This document shows positions 44,529-54,979 of a DNA stretch of 64,000 nt, in pieces (position 1 is the stretch's first letter; every line of letters starts with the position of its first letter). The notes beneath the pieces were generated by a model that was not told the DNA's origin, did not search any database, and was given only the letters and a program-made list of their open reading frames with translations. The position numbers were made by a program, and so were the translations under genes. The stretch comes from a virus (lineage: Duplodnaviria; Caudoviricetes). The stretch is from positions 1-64,000 of the IMG/VR virus record IMGVR_UViG_3300014204_000154; one strand, written 5' to 3'.

Positions 44529-45772
44529 ATTTCCCTCTCGATTCTTGCCATCTGATCTTCGGTCAATTTCTCAGTCAAACATGAGGGGCACTGCCCGATC
44601 TTTCTCAAATGTTCAACGTATTGCGCCCTGGAATCGGCCAAACATTTAGACAACGTTGCCCCAGACTCCTGCAATTGATTCAAATCCTTTGTCAAGGAAA
44701 ACAGAATCATCATTTTCGTCCGGTCAACCTTCGCCTTGTCTATTTTATCCTGAATCAAAGAAAGGTCTAAAATTTCCTTCCCCAATACTTCTTGACGCTG
44801 AGACAACGCTTTGCCTCTCTCGCAAAGAGATATGAAAGAATCATTCCGATTTCCAGTATAAATCGAATCTTCCAGCTGAACCAGAACGACTTCCAACGAT
44901 TGATAATTCAACCCCGTAATCTTCAACGCTCCCGCTTCGTATTCCGACAATATTGAAACAAGCCGATCATACTTGTTGATCTCAGCTTGCAATTTATCTA
45001 TCTTGATAAGGTATCTTTCACAACGCGCAAATTCTTCAATCCTGTCCTGACTCCTTCTTTTCGTCTCGTACTCAACCAATAATGCGTCAAGAATCTTCTC
45101 CCTTTGAACCAATTTATTCAAATTGGCCGATATGGCAGAAAGATCCGCAACAATCCTTCTTGTCTCCTCAAGATCGGAATATAATTCAAGATCGTCCTGA
45201 ATCCCTTTTATTTCAGTTTCTAACAATACGATGTTTGCATTATTCTTGTCGATTTTGGAAGTTAAGGAAGAAACCCATTCATCAGTTTGTTCAAGATTTG
45301 TAATCCTGTTGATCGTCCGGGCAATCTCCCCAGCCGAAGTCGCCGAAGAAACCAGAAATGGAGGCTCAAATTGTCTTTGAAGATTCAAATCAGAAAGGTT
45401 AAGGGCGGCGGCAACAACGTCTGGAACATTCTCCCCAACACCATTAAAATCAAAATCCTTTCCCTCAAAATTGACTTTATAGTTTGTTGATAAAACGTCT
45501 TTCTTTCCGCTTTTCGTTTTATGAATCGATTTGATAAGAGAAACGGAAGCGCCGGTCATTCCCAGATCAATCCTGGTCTCCCCGTTAAACCCCGCAAAAT
45601 TGGAAAAGAATTTGCCCCCAGATGGGCGATTCTTCGTCAATAAACGATATGCCCTCAAAATGGAAGTCTTCCCCACCGTACTTGGACCCTGGATGACATT
45701 GACAAATGGAGAAAACTCAAACAACGAATCCTCGTGGGATTGAAAATTTCGAACCCTGAAATATTTAAACAT
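44525..45772 (-). CDS. Rad50/SbcC/gp46-like ATPase, N-terminal half with terminal Zn hook
   Basis: RNFQSH, Walker A GPSTVGKTS, QRQFEPPFL, coiled coil and CPSC near the C-terminus. Confidence 0.85.
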   Translation of the reverse strand: MFKYFRVRNFQSHEDSLFEFSPFVNVIQGPSTVGKTSILRAYRLLTKNRPSGGKFFSNFAGFNGETRIDLGMTGASVSLIKSIHKTKSGKKDVLSTNYKVNFEGKDFDFNGVGENVPDVVAAALNLSDLNLQRQFEPPFLVSSATSAGEIARTINRITNLEQTDEWVSSLTSKIDKNNANIVLLETEIKGIQDDLELYSDLEETRRIVADLSAISANLNKLVQREKILDALLVEYETKRRSQDRIEEFARCERYLIKIDKLQAEINKYDRLVSILSEYEAGALKITGLNYQSLEVVLVQLEDSIYTGNRNDSFISLCERGKALSQRQEVLGKEILDLSLIQDKIDKAKVDRTKMMILFSLTKDLNQLQESGATLSKCLADSRAQYVEHLRKIGQCPSCLTEKLTEDQMARIEREI

Positions 45773-46031
45773 TTATCCTCTCCCAACAAACGTCTTTATC
45801 GTTCCATTTATACATCAAGCGGATCGAAGGAAGCTCAATAACAAACTGCCGTTTGCCCCCAACTTCCTTGAGACATTCCATAATATCTTCGAAAGGACCA
45901 GCAATCATTCCATATTCATTTATATCGTGCTTGATGCCAATCCCATACCGAACTGGCAACTCAACGGGCAATCCTTTTTCCCCCAGGGGATAATACTTGG
46001 CTGGAAGGGGTTGATTTTTCTTCTCTGACAT
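45765..46031 (-). CDS. Hypothetical protein
   Basis: 88 aa, preceded by AGGGGTATAAT at 46052-46062. Confidence 0.5.
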   Translation of the reverse strand: MSEKKNQPLPAKYYPLGEKGLPVELPVRYGIGIKHDINEYGMIAGPFEDIMECLKEVGGKRQFVIELPSIRLMYKWNDKDVCWERINV

Positions 46032-46707
46032 AATTCGTCTCCGTTGATTCTATTATACCCCTAATATCTGGAATCCACTCAAAAAAATCCTTGAGTGAAA
46101 GAATACACATCTTCATCGAAATTTGTATCACAATAGCGCTTGGATATCCGAAGAAGTCCACCAGTTTCCCAAAGTAACCTCTGGAGAAACAAATGCACGC
46201 TTCCCTTCGATTCCTCCGGAAAACCATAACTGGAACCCGATGGGATAATTCAGCATCGCGCAACGCCTGTTTCCAAAACGTAATAATGACAGCTTCCTTC
46301 TGCCTTGAATCAACAATGTCCAGAAGATCCCAAAGGATGAGACTCTTTTTGTCTTTCCATCCAATGATCTTCCGCTCAGAATCTGGCTTTTTCTTTTCTC
46401 CCTTCTTTGTAGGTTCAAAGATTGGAATTTTTATAACGTCTCCATCCGCATCCTTGACTTTACTCTTGTCGGCATATCCGGTCTTCAACTCGATGCTCCA
46501 ACAACGCTCCAGCGGTTTTCCTTCCTCGCAAGTTGCGCAAATGTCTCCGTGTTGGGTTTCCGATTTCTTCCCATTCTTCAAGCGATTGGTGGCCATTCCG
46601 CCAGATCCGGCAGTATGCCAAAACCAATCGTCACTTACCCCCCATGAAAACCAAAGGGATAGTTTCCTAGAAAATGACCTTTCGAAGTCGCCACCCTTTG
46701 ACATCAT
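45961..46707 (-). CDS. Holliday junction resolvase (Hjc-like PD-(D/E)xK)
   Basis: KGGDFERSFSRKLSLW, GSGG, GDI and IELKTGY. Start moved to the ATGA overlap at 46707. Confidence 0.7.
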   Translation of the reverse strand: MMSKGGDFERSFSRKLSLWFSWGVSDDWFWHTAGSGGMATNRLKNGKKSETQHGDICATCEEGKPLERCWSIELKTGYADKSKVKDADGDVIKIPIFEPTKKGEKKKPDSERKIIGWKDKKSLILWDLLDIVDSRQKEAVIITFWKQALRDAELSHRVPVMVFRRNRREACICFSRGYFGKLVDFFGYPSAIVIQISMKMCILSLKDFFEWIPDIRGIIESTETNYVREEKSTPSSQVLSPGGKRIAR

Positions 46708-47564
46708 TTCACCCCAAAGAATGATTTCATCCACTTTGCTTCCGCTTCCGCAGTCAATAAAGAACGGAACCCATATTGACCAAATCCCGCTTTGAACTTG
46801 GTTGGCGAAATCTCATCTTCATCCAAATTAATCGGCTTGATCGGCTTCTTCCCGGCGAAGGGCAGACCAACCAATCGCTGATTGAACTGTATGAGCTGTT
46901 TTGAATCCTCTATCAAACCCCGTTTACTGCCCAAAAGGATTTTTGCAACATACTTCGCCGCCGTAATTTCCCCGACTCCCGGAACCCCAACCACATTGTC
47001 GCTTGTACAACCGCTGATCGCCTTAACGTTTGGCCAATCTATCGGCTTCAATCCAAACCAACTCTTTGAAAATTCCTCTTCGGTATTAATCACTTTAAAA
47101 TTCCACATCCGCACAGGACAAAAGCGATCATTCTTCAACAACTGAAATAGATCGTTGTCAGCCGAAACGATCATTGTATCATCCGGGATGCGATAAACTA
47201 TGTAAGCGATAAGATCATCGGCTTCATATCCTCCTTGATGGAATATGTTCTTGAATCCCAGATATGGCAGAAACCTCTCCCTCAATTCGTCAAATTGAGC
47301 ATAAGCATCCTCAAGGTCTGCCGTTTCTTCCTCTGTCATATCAACACGCCGATGCGCCTTATATTCCGGATATATCAATTTGCGATAGGAGTGCCGGGAA
47401 TCCCAACAGAATATGAATTTGTTCGTCTTGAATTCGTCCGCCAACTTCAAGATTTGAAGCATAAACCCGAAGATCACCCCAACCCTCTTTTCGTCATAAG
47501 ACAACCCGCTCATCTTATGAAAGGATCGATATGCCAGATATGCGCAATCAACGACGATTCTCAT
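46704..47564 (-). CDS. 5'-3' exonuclease (T4 RNase H / FEN-like)
   Basis: VDCAYLAYRS, WD..SYRK..YPEYKAHR, YEADDLI, SADNDL and SDNVVGVPGVGEITA. Confidence 0.9.
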   Translation of the reverse strand: MRIVVDCAYLAYRSFHKMSGLSYDEKRVGVIFGFMLQILKLADEFKTNKFIFCWDSRHSYRKLIYPEYKAHRRVDMTEEETADLEDAYAQFDELRERFLPYLGFKNIFHQGGYEADDLIAYIVYRIPDDTMIVSADNDLFQLLKNDRFCPVRMWNFKVINTEEEFSKSWFGLKPIDWPNVKAISGCTSDNVVGVPGVGEITAAKYVAKILLGSKRGLIEDSKQLIQFNQRLVGLPFAGKKPIKPINLDEDEISPTKFKAGFGQYGFRSLLTAEAEAKWMKSFFGVK

Positions 47565-47567
47565 TGA

Positions 47568-48776
47568 TTAATACCTCTTTTCACGATCCGTTTTGATAGC
47601 CGATTCAATTTCCAGCCAAGCCTCTTCCGCCCGATCCGCCAGAACGTCCTGAAGATGCTCCCTTTCAATCTTGGAAACCAAATCGGCTCTTTTATAACCG
47701 CCTCCAGCCTCTTCCAACTCCTTCTTGCTGAGATCGTCCCAATTGATTTTATCAACCTTTGGCCCATAAAGATAGGCCAGACACGAAGAAATATCATCAA
47801 CCCCGTAATCAAACAAAGCTTGAAATTCCGCTTCACGAAACGGCTTGCCCACTTTGTTTCGCTCAATCCGGGCAAGAACACGAACACCATGCGGCCTTTT
47901 CTCCCCCCGGAATTGTGTTATCATCTTTTCCTGTTCGTATAGCCACGCAACAACATGGGTATAGAAATTGAGCGCCTTGCCACCATTCCGTTTATACTTC
48001 TTTCCATATGTGACGCCAATCGCTTCCCGAATCTGAGAAACGATCATAAGCGTGACATCCTTCCCAGACATGCGATCACAGATATTGTCAAAGAATGAAT
48101 CGCTCAAATATTTCGCTTTTTCCGCTCCCGCTCCATAAGATCCTTCTTCTGCCTTATCGGTTTTTGCCGCCTTATCAAACCGTTCCTTTGCTTCTTCGGT
48201 CGAAGTCGCATCCAAAGAGTCCAAGATATAAAGCAACAACTCTCCCGGTTTATTGGCATCCAATGCCCTCGTAAACCGGCGACCAAACTGTTCCACCGTT
48301 CTTGACCGGACCCATTCAACAACGCGATTCGGATCAACTGGAATATTGGGGTTTATCTTCCCATCATACCCATTGGCAAACTGTTCCCCGTACATCTCTG
48401 GCACTGGAAAGTCCATCACCCCCTCAACGTTGTCGTAAATGATCCTGATTTTCTTGACCCGCGGAAAATTGCGGGAGACTGATCCCATCATCTTGTAAAA
48501 TACCCTTGCCGCCAATTCCAACATCAACAACGTCTTTCCGCTTGAACCGTCTCCAACAACATTTGATATCCGGCCTCTGGGCCATCCACCCCTTCGACCC
48601 ATACCGGAAATTGCCAAATTGATCATCGTACAACCGGAATGGAGAAAATCAATAACAGAATCAACAATTGCTCCGCAAACCCCCTTGCGTTCTTCAATAA
48701 TTTCCTTCGCAGGTTCCGGCCGTGATTCCTCCGCATGAAAAACTCCAACGCCGCCGCCATCCCGATTGATTTTCAT
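47568..48776 (-). CDS. recA: RecA/UvsX-like recombinase
   Basis: Walker A GDGSSGKT, ILDSLDA, VSQIREAIG, NGGKALNFY and RNKVGKPFR. Confidence 0.85.
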   Translation of the reverse strand: MKINRDGGGVGVFHAEESRPEPAKEIIEERKGVCGAIVDSVIDFLHSGCTMINLAISGMGRRGGWPRGRISNVVGDGSSGKTLLMLELAARVFYKMMGSVSRNFPRVKKIRIIYDNVEGVMDFPVPEMYGEQFANGYDGKINPNIPVDPNRVVEWVRSRTVEQFGRRFTRALDANKPGELLLYILDSLDATSTEEAKERFDKAAKTDKAEEGSYGAGAEKAKYLSDSFFDNICDRMSGKDVTLMIVSQIREAIGVTYGKKYKRNGGKALNFYTHVVAWLYEQEKMITQFRGEKRPHGVRVLARIERNKVGKPFREAEFQALFDYGVDDISSCLAYLYGPKVDKINWDDLSKKELEEAGGGYKRADLVSKIEREHLQDVLADRAEEAWLEIESAIKTDREKRY

Positions 48777-48854
48777 AATTTCCTCTTCTCAAGAAAAATG
48801 GGGAAACCGGCCGATTCAATATGGTTGGCCGATTTCCCCTGGGTTCAAATCCCG

Positions 48855-50051
48855 TTACCGTGCTGCGCGCTCAAGCCGGTCATTCTCCTTGGCGCAATCC
48901 TTCCATCTGGGGCACTTCTCGCATTCCGGCTTTTCATCGATATCCTTGCCGAAAACGTGGCCAGACGGGCATCCATCCGTAGCCGCCCCGCCAACCGGCG
49001 CTGCCGATGCTGCTGATGTCGCCGCTATTGCCGCAGCGGACCCGGAAGGCTGTTGAGCAGGAGCTGCCGCTTGCTCCTTTTTCTTCTTCAAAGCGGCCAG
49101 CCTTGCCTCCAATTCCTCAGCCTCCAATTCTTCCGGAGACTTGGCCGGGGCAACGGGCTGAGCAATGGTGGTTGGAACATCCTTTTCCGCCGCCGTGGTG
49201 GTTCCGGCATCATATTTCGCCGCTCTATCTGCATTTGTCTGGGCACCCCCCGAAGACGGAACAAAAACGCCGGCCGCATTCTTGTCCATCGGAATCCCAT
49301 AGAACGATTCATATGCTGACGCAACCGTGGGCCAGGCAATGAGATCATCCAGGGCATGAGTCGCCTTCAAAACCTCATCCGGTATCGGGGTGCGACGATC
49401 TTCGAATTTAACCCCGATGAATTTGGTTTTCTCATCAGTGCCCTGCCGATCAAAGGCGATGGACCTGCCTTCGTCATCGTCCATATAAGGCACGTAATTC
49501 TCGATACCGGCCGCTTCTCCGGGCAAAACGGTCCTGCGGGAAATGGAATCCAGATATTGCTGGAGCAAATATGCCGATGTTTCGAAAACCTGAGCGCCAT
49601 CCCCCGGATTGCGACGATCATAGACATTATAGATCGTCCGGGGCCAATTGGCGTACTTGAGTTTGTCAGTGACTTCCTTCCCCGCTCCTGCTGCCGACTT
49701 CAGGCGATATTCCTTGCAAACCGGGCAAAAGGCGCCATGACCAAAGATTTCTTCCCGCCGCCGTTGATCCTTGAACGTCTGCTCAATGCAAATGATGTCG
49801 CTTCCATCTGTTGCAGCGCCCCGATGGATAAAAATCCGAAGCACATAGGCCATCGAACAGGCATAGATCGGATCGAATTTTCCCGACATATACATCAAGA
49901 TGTCGAAAAGGTTTGGCCCCTCCTTGCATTTGTAATACTTGACCCCCCGAACATCCGCCCGGAAAAGACTGCCGGTGCGCCGATAATACTGATTTTCGGT
50001 GTCCATCCGCTTTTGCATTTCCTCTTTCATTGAACGTCTTGATTCCCTCAT
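48855..50051 (-). CDS. ssDNA-binding protein (T4 gp32-like) with Ala/Pro linker and C-terminal Cys4 motif
   Basis: IHRG..ICIEQ..CPVC..RTIYNV core; adjacent to UvsX- and UvsY-like genes; tail CPSGH..CEKCPRWKDC. Confidence 0.6.
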   Translation of the reverse strand: MRESRRSMKEEMQKRMDTENQYYRRTGSLFRADVRGVKYYKCKEGPNLFDILMYMSGKFDPIYACSMAYVLRIFIHRGAATDGSDIICIEQTFKDQRRREEIFGHGAFCPVCKEYRLKSAAGAGKEVTDKLKYANWPRTIYNVYDRRNPGDGAQVFETSAYLLQQYLDSISRRTVLPGEAAGIENYVPYMDDDEGRSIAFDRQGTDEKTKFIGVKFEDRRTPIPDEVLKATHALDDLIAWPTVASAYESFYGIPMDKNAAGVFVPSSGGAQTNADRAAKYDAGTTTAAEKDVPTTIAQPVAPAKSPEELEAEELEARLAALKKKKEQAAAPAQQPSGSAAAIAATSAASAAPVGGAATDGCPSGHVFGKDIDEKPECEKCPRWKDCAKENDRLERAAR

Positions 50052-50204
50052 ACTTCATTCCTCCTTCTTGATTGCTTTGATTTTCGATCAAACCATAATT
50101 TTGCCTGAAAGTAGCTTCTGAGCGCTCCATATGTCAAGATGCGCCAAACGATATACCCAATCAGGATAGACGCCGGAACTATGAAAAGCCACTTTCCATC
50201 CATT

Positions 50205-50732
50205 TTATCTCCTTATCCCCACACGCCCCGTTGCCTGAGCCTTCTTCTCTTGCGCCTCTCTCTGAACCCGCTCCTGCTCCACCGATTCCTCATTTTTCCG
50301 ATCAATCGCCTCTTCGCGCTTCGCAGCGGTGTATCCTTCGGGCATTGTGCGTTTCCGATCCGAATCATCAGAGAAATGATCCAAAGCCTTCTTCTTGTGC
50401 TCCATTGCCCATTTCAACCCGTCCAGGCGCTCATACTCCGCTTCGGCATCAATCAACGTTCTGGACACCGCCTCATAACGCGGATCGGCGTGAACCTCAT
50501 TGTCCACCCGCGTATCACTTGGCGGTTTCCCGTCCAAGGCGGTCAGAGCGGCCCGATGTTCCTTGAACAACTGCGCCTTGAGAACCTTCTTGTCCAGCCA
50601 TGCCTCGTTCTTCTTCTTCAAAGCATCAGCACATTGATCCACATAGTTGGCATAGACTCCCGCCTGTCTGATCCACTCGCCATCCAGATCGTTTCGATTG
50701 ACTTCAAAATCCTTTGAATTGCTTCCCAACAT
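50205..50732 (-). CDS. Recombination mediator (UvsY-like)
   Basis: LDGEWIRQA..Y..A..LKWAMEHKKKAL helical pattern; preceded by CAGGGTATAAT. Confidence 0.55.
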   Translation of the reverse strand: MLGSNSKDFEVNRNDLDGEWIRQAGVYANYVDQCADALKKKNEAWLDKKVLKAQLFKEHRAALTALDGKPPSDTRVDNEVHADPRYEAVSRTLIDAEAEYERLDGLKWAMEHKKKALDHFSDDSDRKRTMPEGYTAAKREEAIDRKNEESVEQERVQREAQEKKAQATGRVGIRR

Positions 50733-50775
50733 AATTTCCTCCTTGACCTTTCTTAGATATTATACCCTGTTTTAT

Positions 50776-51699
50776 TTATTTTTGAGGAAGATTCGATAAC
50801 ATATAACACGCATATGTTATCCCACTTTTCCCACTAAATGACGGCAACCTTAAAAACTCCTCCAATATCAATGCCGCCATGTCGTCTTTTTTCCCATTTA
50901 CAAGGATGGCGGCCACATATCCTTGAACCCCCATTCTGATTTTCTCCGCATCGTCAGTGAGTGATCTTACAATCGCCGCTGTTTCCTTCCACGGCTTTCT
51001 GTTCAACAACGATTGAATCAGATCCTTTGTAACATGGCTCACGGCGGATCGAATCAATGAAATTGCTTCATCGTCATTTTCGATCCCGCGCACCGTATCC
51101 ATAGTGACCAGGATTTCCCTTGGGATTCCTTCACATGAATCGATGATTGCTTGGCGAACAGCGGGAGATAGCCGGAACCCTTCCTCATGACAAACCATTT
51201 TGATCAAAAAGGCTTGATCAATAACGGTCAATGGCGCAACTTCATAAACCTTGGCGCGGCTCTTAACCGTAGTTGGAACCTTGTTGAGATCTGTTGTACA
51301 CAAGGCAAAATAGCAAAACTCAGGCGGATTTTCCAATGTCTTGAGAAGAGAATCTGCCGCCGCACCAGAGAGACGATGACATTCGTCAATAATGTACATC
51401 TTATTTTTTCCATGAAGCGGATAACTTTGCGCAGCCTCCTTAATGGATCTGGCATTATCGACTCCGGTGTTGTCAGCAGCATCAATTTCCATCAAATCTA
51501 ACCCTTTGGCGCCAACGCTATCCCCAATCAACCGGGCAATGGTGGTTTTCCCACACCCTCTCGGTCCACAAAGCAGGAACGTCCTTGTGCGGGGAATTGC
51601 TGGGACAAGAGACTTTTTCAAGACCTCATTGCCAATCAAATCATCAAACGTTGCCGGCCGATACTTCAAGTGAAGCTCAACTCTCTTCTCCTCTGTCAT
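50776..51699 (-). CDS. dnaX: Clamp loader ATPase (DnaX-like)
   Basis: LKYRPATFDDLIGN, GPRGCGKTT, EIDAADNTGVD, IIDECHRLS and LLKTLENPP. Confidence 0.9.
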   Translation of the reverse strand: MTEEKRVELHLKYRPATFDDLIGNEVLKKSLVPAIPRTRTFLLCGPRGCGKTTIARLIGDSVGAKGLDLMEIDAADNTGVDNARSIKEAAQSYPLHGKNKMYIIDECHRLSGAAADSLLKTLENPPEFCYFALCTTDLNKVPTTVKSRAKVYEVAPLTVIDQAFLIKMVCHEEGFRLSPAVRQAIIDSCEGIPREILVTMDTVRGIENDDEAISLIRSAVSHVTKDLIQSLLNRKPWKETAAIVRSLTDDAEKIRMGVQGYVAAILVNGKKDDMAALILEEFLRLPSFSGKSGITYACYMLSNLPQK

Positions 51700-54600
51700 C
51701 TCAATCCTCCTATTGAATTAATCTTATCAGCAAAATTCCGTATACCCTCTTGAAATAATTTCTTATTTTCTGGATTCCTTAAAACGGAAGACGGATGAAG
51801 ACCCCAGCAAACCCACACTCCCTTGGAAGGTATCCATTCCGTTGTGCCACACAATTTCGTGATGCCGCCATCCTCGTTCTTGAAATACTTCAAAGCGACA
51901 TTACCCAAAGCCAGACACAACCTCGTTCCGGTATTCTTGATTTCTTCGTCAAGCCATCGGGAACAGGCAGCAATATGGATATCCTTTGGAGTCCTTGTTA
52001 TACTTGGGAAGCATTTAACCACATTCGTAACATGAAACTGCCTTCGCGTGAGACCATAGATGAACAACGTCTCCCAAAGAAGATCGCCAGAGCGCCCAAC
52101 AAACCCTTTCCCTTCAAGGTCTTCATTACTTCCCGGCGCTTCCCCGACAATCATTGCGTTGTAAATACCCATCGAAGGAAGCACCGGCTGTCTGGCTTCC
52201 CCCCTCAAGGCGCAATCCTTACAATAAAGCAATTCGACATCTCTCCAGCGTCTCTGAAGCACAAAGCATTCCCGGTCCTGCGGCTTTCCGATAATCGAAA
52301 CGATATCAAATGAAAAATATTTGGCCAAATCGCCAGTCGGTTCAGATCCGTCTAAACCGACCTCTTTGATGATTTTATCCATCTTGACAGAATGTTTCAC
52401 CGGCTCAAGATCGCCCAAGCTAAATGCCCTTTCATCCTTGACTCTATATTGAGCATAATCCCCAGCAGTTTTGTCTCCTATGCCTTTGATTTCTACAAAT
52501 GGGACATATATGTTGCCGTCTCTGGAAATCCATTGTTTGGCATCAGAAATCCCAAGCCGGGGCAAGATAACTTTCAACCCTCTTCGAAGCGCCTCTTTCA
52601 CCAAATCGTCTTTCTTGTCATCCTTCCCTAATGTAAGGTTGGCACAGATGAATTCGGCCGGGAAAAATAGTTTCAAAAAGGCGCACCAATAGGCAATTAT
52701 GGAATACTCAACTGAATGAGATTTATTGAAGGAATATCTCGCATGATTCTGAAGGGCTTCCCAAAATTCTATGGCTTCCTGCTCGTTAAACGTCTTCTGT
52801 TCCAAACATCCGTTAATGAATGCTTCTTCGTATGGCTTGAACTCCTTCGCATCCCTCTTCTTTCCAATAACCTTCCGGATCTTATCTGCTGTCGAATAAG
52901 GCAACCCTGCCACCAGATTGATCACCTGCATCACTTGTTCTTGATAAACGACGATTCCATATGTATTCTTTGTAATATTTTCATAAATCCGATTCTTCTT
53001 CTGCCATTTCGCTCCATGCTTCCTCTTAACATAATCATCAGTGAGACCACTATCCGATGGCCCCGGACGAACCAAAGCAATGACATCGCTCATCAACCCG
53101 AAATTTTCAATCCCAACCTGTTTTACAAGCTTGGTGGTCGAATATGTATTGAATTGAAAAACTCCTTCAGTTTCTCCTTTTGAGAGCATTTCAAATACTT
53201 GAGGGTTATCCAAGGAAATATGATCGAAATCAATTTCTTTTCCATGGTTTTTCAAAATCAATCGCCGACTCTCATTTAAAATTGAAAGAGTATTAAGACC
53301 AAGAGCGTCAAGCTTCATCAAGCCCATATATTCTGCGTCATCTTTTGCCCAATTGATAACATCCTGGTCTGATCTGATCGCAAGATTTCCTCTAGTCCCC
53401 AAAGTCAAATCTTCTGCAGAAACTATAATTGCTGCAGCATGCTGCGAATATCCTCGAATTTGGCCCTCAAGCCGAACAGCATAATCAACGACATTTGGAT
53501 ACTTATCAACAAACGGATGGCGTTGTTCTTCAATCGATTGTTGAACAGAATTGTTATCATTACCTTCGTCTTCAATAATTTTGACAAATTCATTTACTTC
53601 TGAAATCGGGACATCGAAAACCCGCGAAACATCCCTAACAATCCCCCTCCCCTTCATTCTTTGAAAAGTCGTAACCGATGCAATATGATTCTTCCCATAC
53701 AATTCCTCAAGATGCTGCCGAACCAATGGCCGTTTAACATCTTCGAAGTCAATATCAATATCTGGCAACCCTTGCCTTTCCTCGTCAATAAATCGAGAGA
53801 AGAGAAGGTCATACTTAATTGGATCGGCAACCCTAGTTATCCCCATCAAATAAGCAATCAAACTGCCCCCAACCGATCCGCGGCCAGGTCCTACGAAAAT
53901 GTCATTTTCTTTACACCATAATATCAACTCGTGGATTAAAAGGAAATAACGGATGAATTTTTTCTTCTTGATCAATTCAAACTCTTCCCAGAAACGATCC
54001 AGATATTTTTGATCCCATTCGGAAGATCCGAACAGCCGTTCATAGCCTTCAAAACATAACTTCTTCAAAAAATCTGGTTCTTGATCCTCTGGAACTGATT
54101 TAAGTGTTGGCAACCAAATGCTCTTTTCTTGAATAAAAAAAGACGAACACTTTTCAGCAATTGCCATTGCGTTCCGCATTGCCAAAAGATACTGACCCCT
54201 TAACAATACTCCTTGAGCAGCAAAAGCGTCCTTCATTTCCTGCTCGGATCGAAGGAAAAGACCTTGGATTTTGAATTTGAAACGGTCCTCCTCATTCCAT
54301 GTTTTCTTGGTCTGAATCGCCAACAAGACCTCTTGAAGATCACTATCGCCTTCATCAACATAATGGCAATCATTGGTAGCCACCATCTCTATTCCATATG
54401 TTTCATGAATCGAAACGCAAAATTGATTAACAGACAATTGATCCGGGAATGAATGCGGCATAACTTCCAGATAAACGTCGCCTGGGATCTTCTCATTCAA
54501 TCGAAGAATAAAGTTATATCCAGACTTATCCAACAATGGCGTGGCCGCACAGCCGGAGAGGAAAACAAGACCGTCACAATGATCCAGAATGAAATTGAAA

Positions 54601-54950
54601 TCCGCTCTTGGCCTTGAATAGAATCCTTTCAAATTTGCCACAGTAAGAATCTGACAAAGGTTCTGGAATCCTTTCTCATCCTTGATTAACGCCGTAACAT
54701 GAAAGCGGTGATCAGAAGGAATCTTAACAACCATATCCGGAACAACATATAATTCACAACCATATATCGGAGTTATCCCGGCCTTCTTCGACTCTGATTG
54801 AAAATTCAACAACCCGTCTATATTGGCGTGATTGGTAAGAGCCAAATGGGTTTGCCCCAATTCCTTGGCCCTTTTCAGATATTGATCCGCTTTTCCAACG
54901 CCATCAAGGATAGAATACTCATTGTGGACGTGAAGATGGCAAAATGACAT
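51696..54950 (-). CDS. dnaE: DNA polymerase III alpha subunit fused to a C-terminal family-4 uracil-DNA glycosylase domain
   Basis: PHP HLHVHNEYSILDG, GRGSVGGS, PDIDIDF, KLDALGL, YSFNKSHS; then CKDC..VGEAPG..GFVGRSG..NVVKC..C..HPS. Confidence 0.93.
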   Translation of the reverse strand: MSFCHLHVHNEYSILDGVGKADQYLKRAKELGQTHLALTNHANIDGLLNFQSESKKAGITPIYGCELYVVPDMVVKIPSDHRFHVTALIKDEKGFQNLCQILTVANLKGFYSRPRADFNFILDHCDGLVFLSGCAATPLLDKSGYNFILRLNEKIPGDVYLEVMPHSFPDQLSVNQFCVSIHETYGIEMVATNDCHYVDEGDSDLQEVLLAIQTKKTWNEEDRFKFKIQGLFLRSEQEMKDAFAAQGVLLRGQYLLAMRNAMAIAEKCSSFFIQEKSIWLPTLKSVPEDQEPDFLKKLCFEGYERLFGSSEWDQKYLDRFWEEFELIKKKKFIRYFLLIHELILWCKENDIFVGPGRGSVGGSLIAYLMGITRVADPIKYDLLFSRFIDEERQGLPDIDIDFEDVKRPLVRQHLEELYGKNHIASVTTFQRMKGRGIVRDVSRVFDVPISEVNEFVKIIEDEGNDNNSVQQSIEEQRHPFVDKYPNVVDYAVRLEGQIRGYSQHAAAIIVSAEDLTLGTRGNLAIRSDQDVINWAKDDAEYMGLMKLDALGLNTLSILNESRRLILKNHGKEIDFDHISLDNPQVFEMLSKGETEGVFQFNTYSTTKLVKQVGIENFGLMSDVIALVRPGPSDSGLTDDYVKRKHGAKWQKKNRIYENITKNTYGIVVYQEQVMQVINLVAGLPYSTADKIRKVIGKKRDAKEFKPYEEAFINGCLEQKTFNEQEAIEFWEALQNHARYSFNKSHSVEYSIIAYWCAFLKLFFPAEFICANLTLGKDDKKDDLVKEALRRGLKVILPRLGISDAKQWISRDGNIYVPFVEIKGIGDKTAGDYAQYRVKDERAFSLGDLEPVKHSVKMDKIIKEVGLDGSEPTGDLAKYFSFDIVSIIGKPQDRECFVLQRRWRDVELLYCKDCALRGEARQPVLPSMGIYNAMIVGEAPGSNEDLEGKGFVGRSGDLLWETLFIYGLTRRQFHVTNVVKCFPSITRTPKDIHIAACSRWLDEEIKNTGTRLCLALGNVALKYFKNEDGGITKLCGTTEWIPSKGVWVCWGLHPSSVLRNPENKKLFQEGIRNFADKINSIGGLR

Positions 54951-54979
54951 TTCCCGCTCCTCTTTTCAATCAACCGAAT

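Noticed and set aside
35597-54950. Inteins in TerL, RecA or DnaE
   Set aside because: Protein lengths fit intein-free homologs and no C/S...HN-C/S/T splice junctions or LAGLIDADG blocks were seen.
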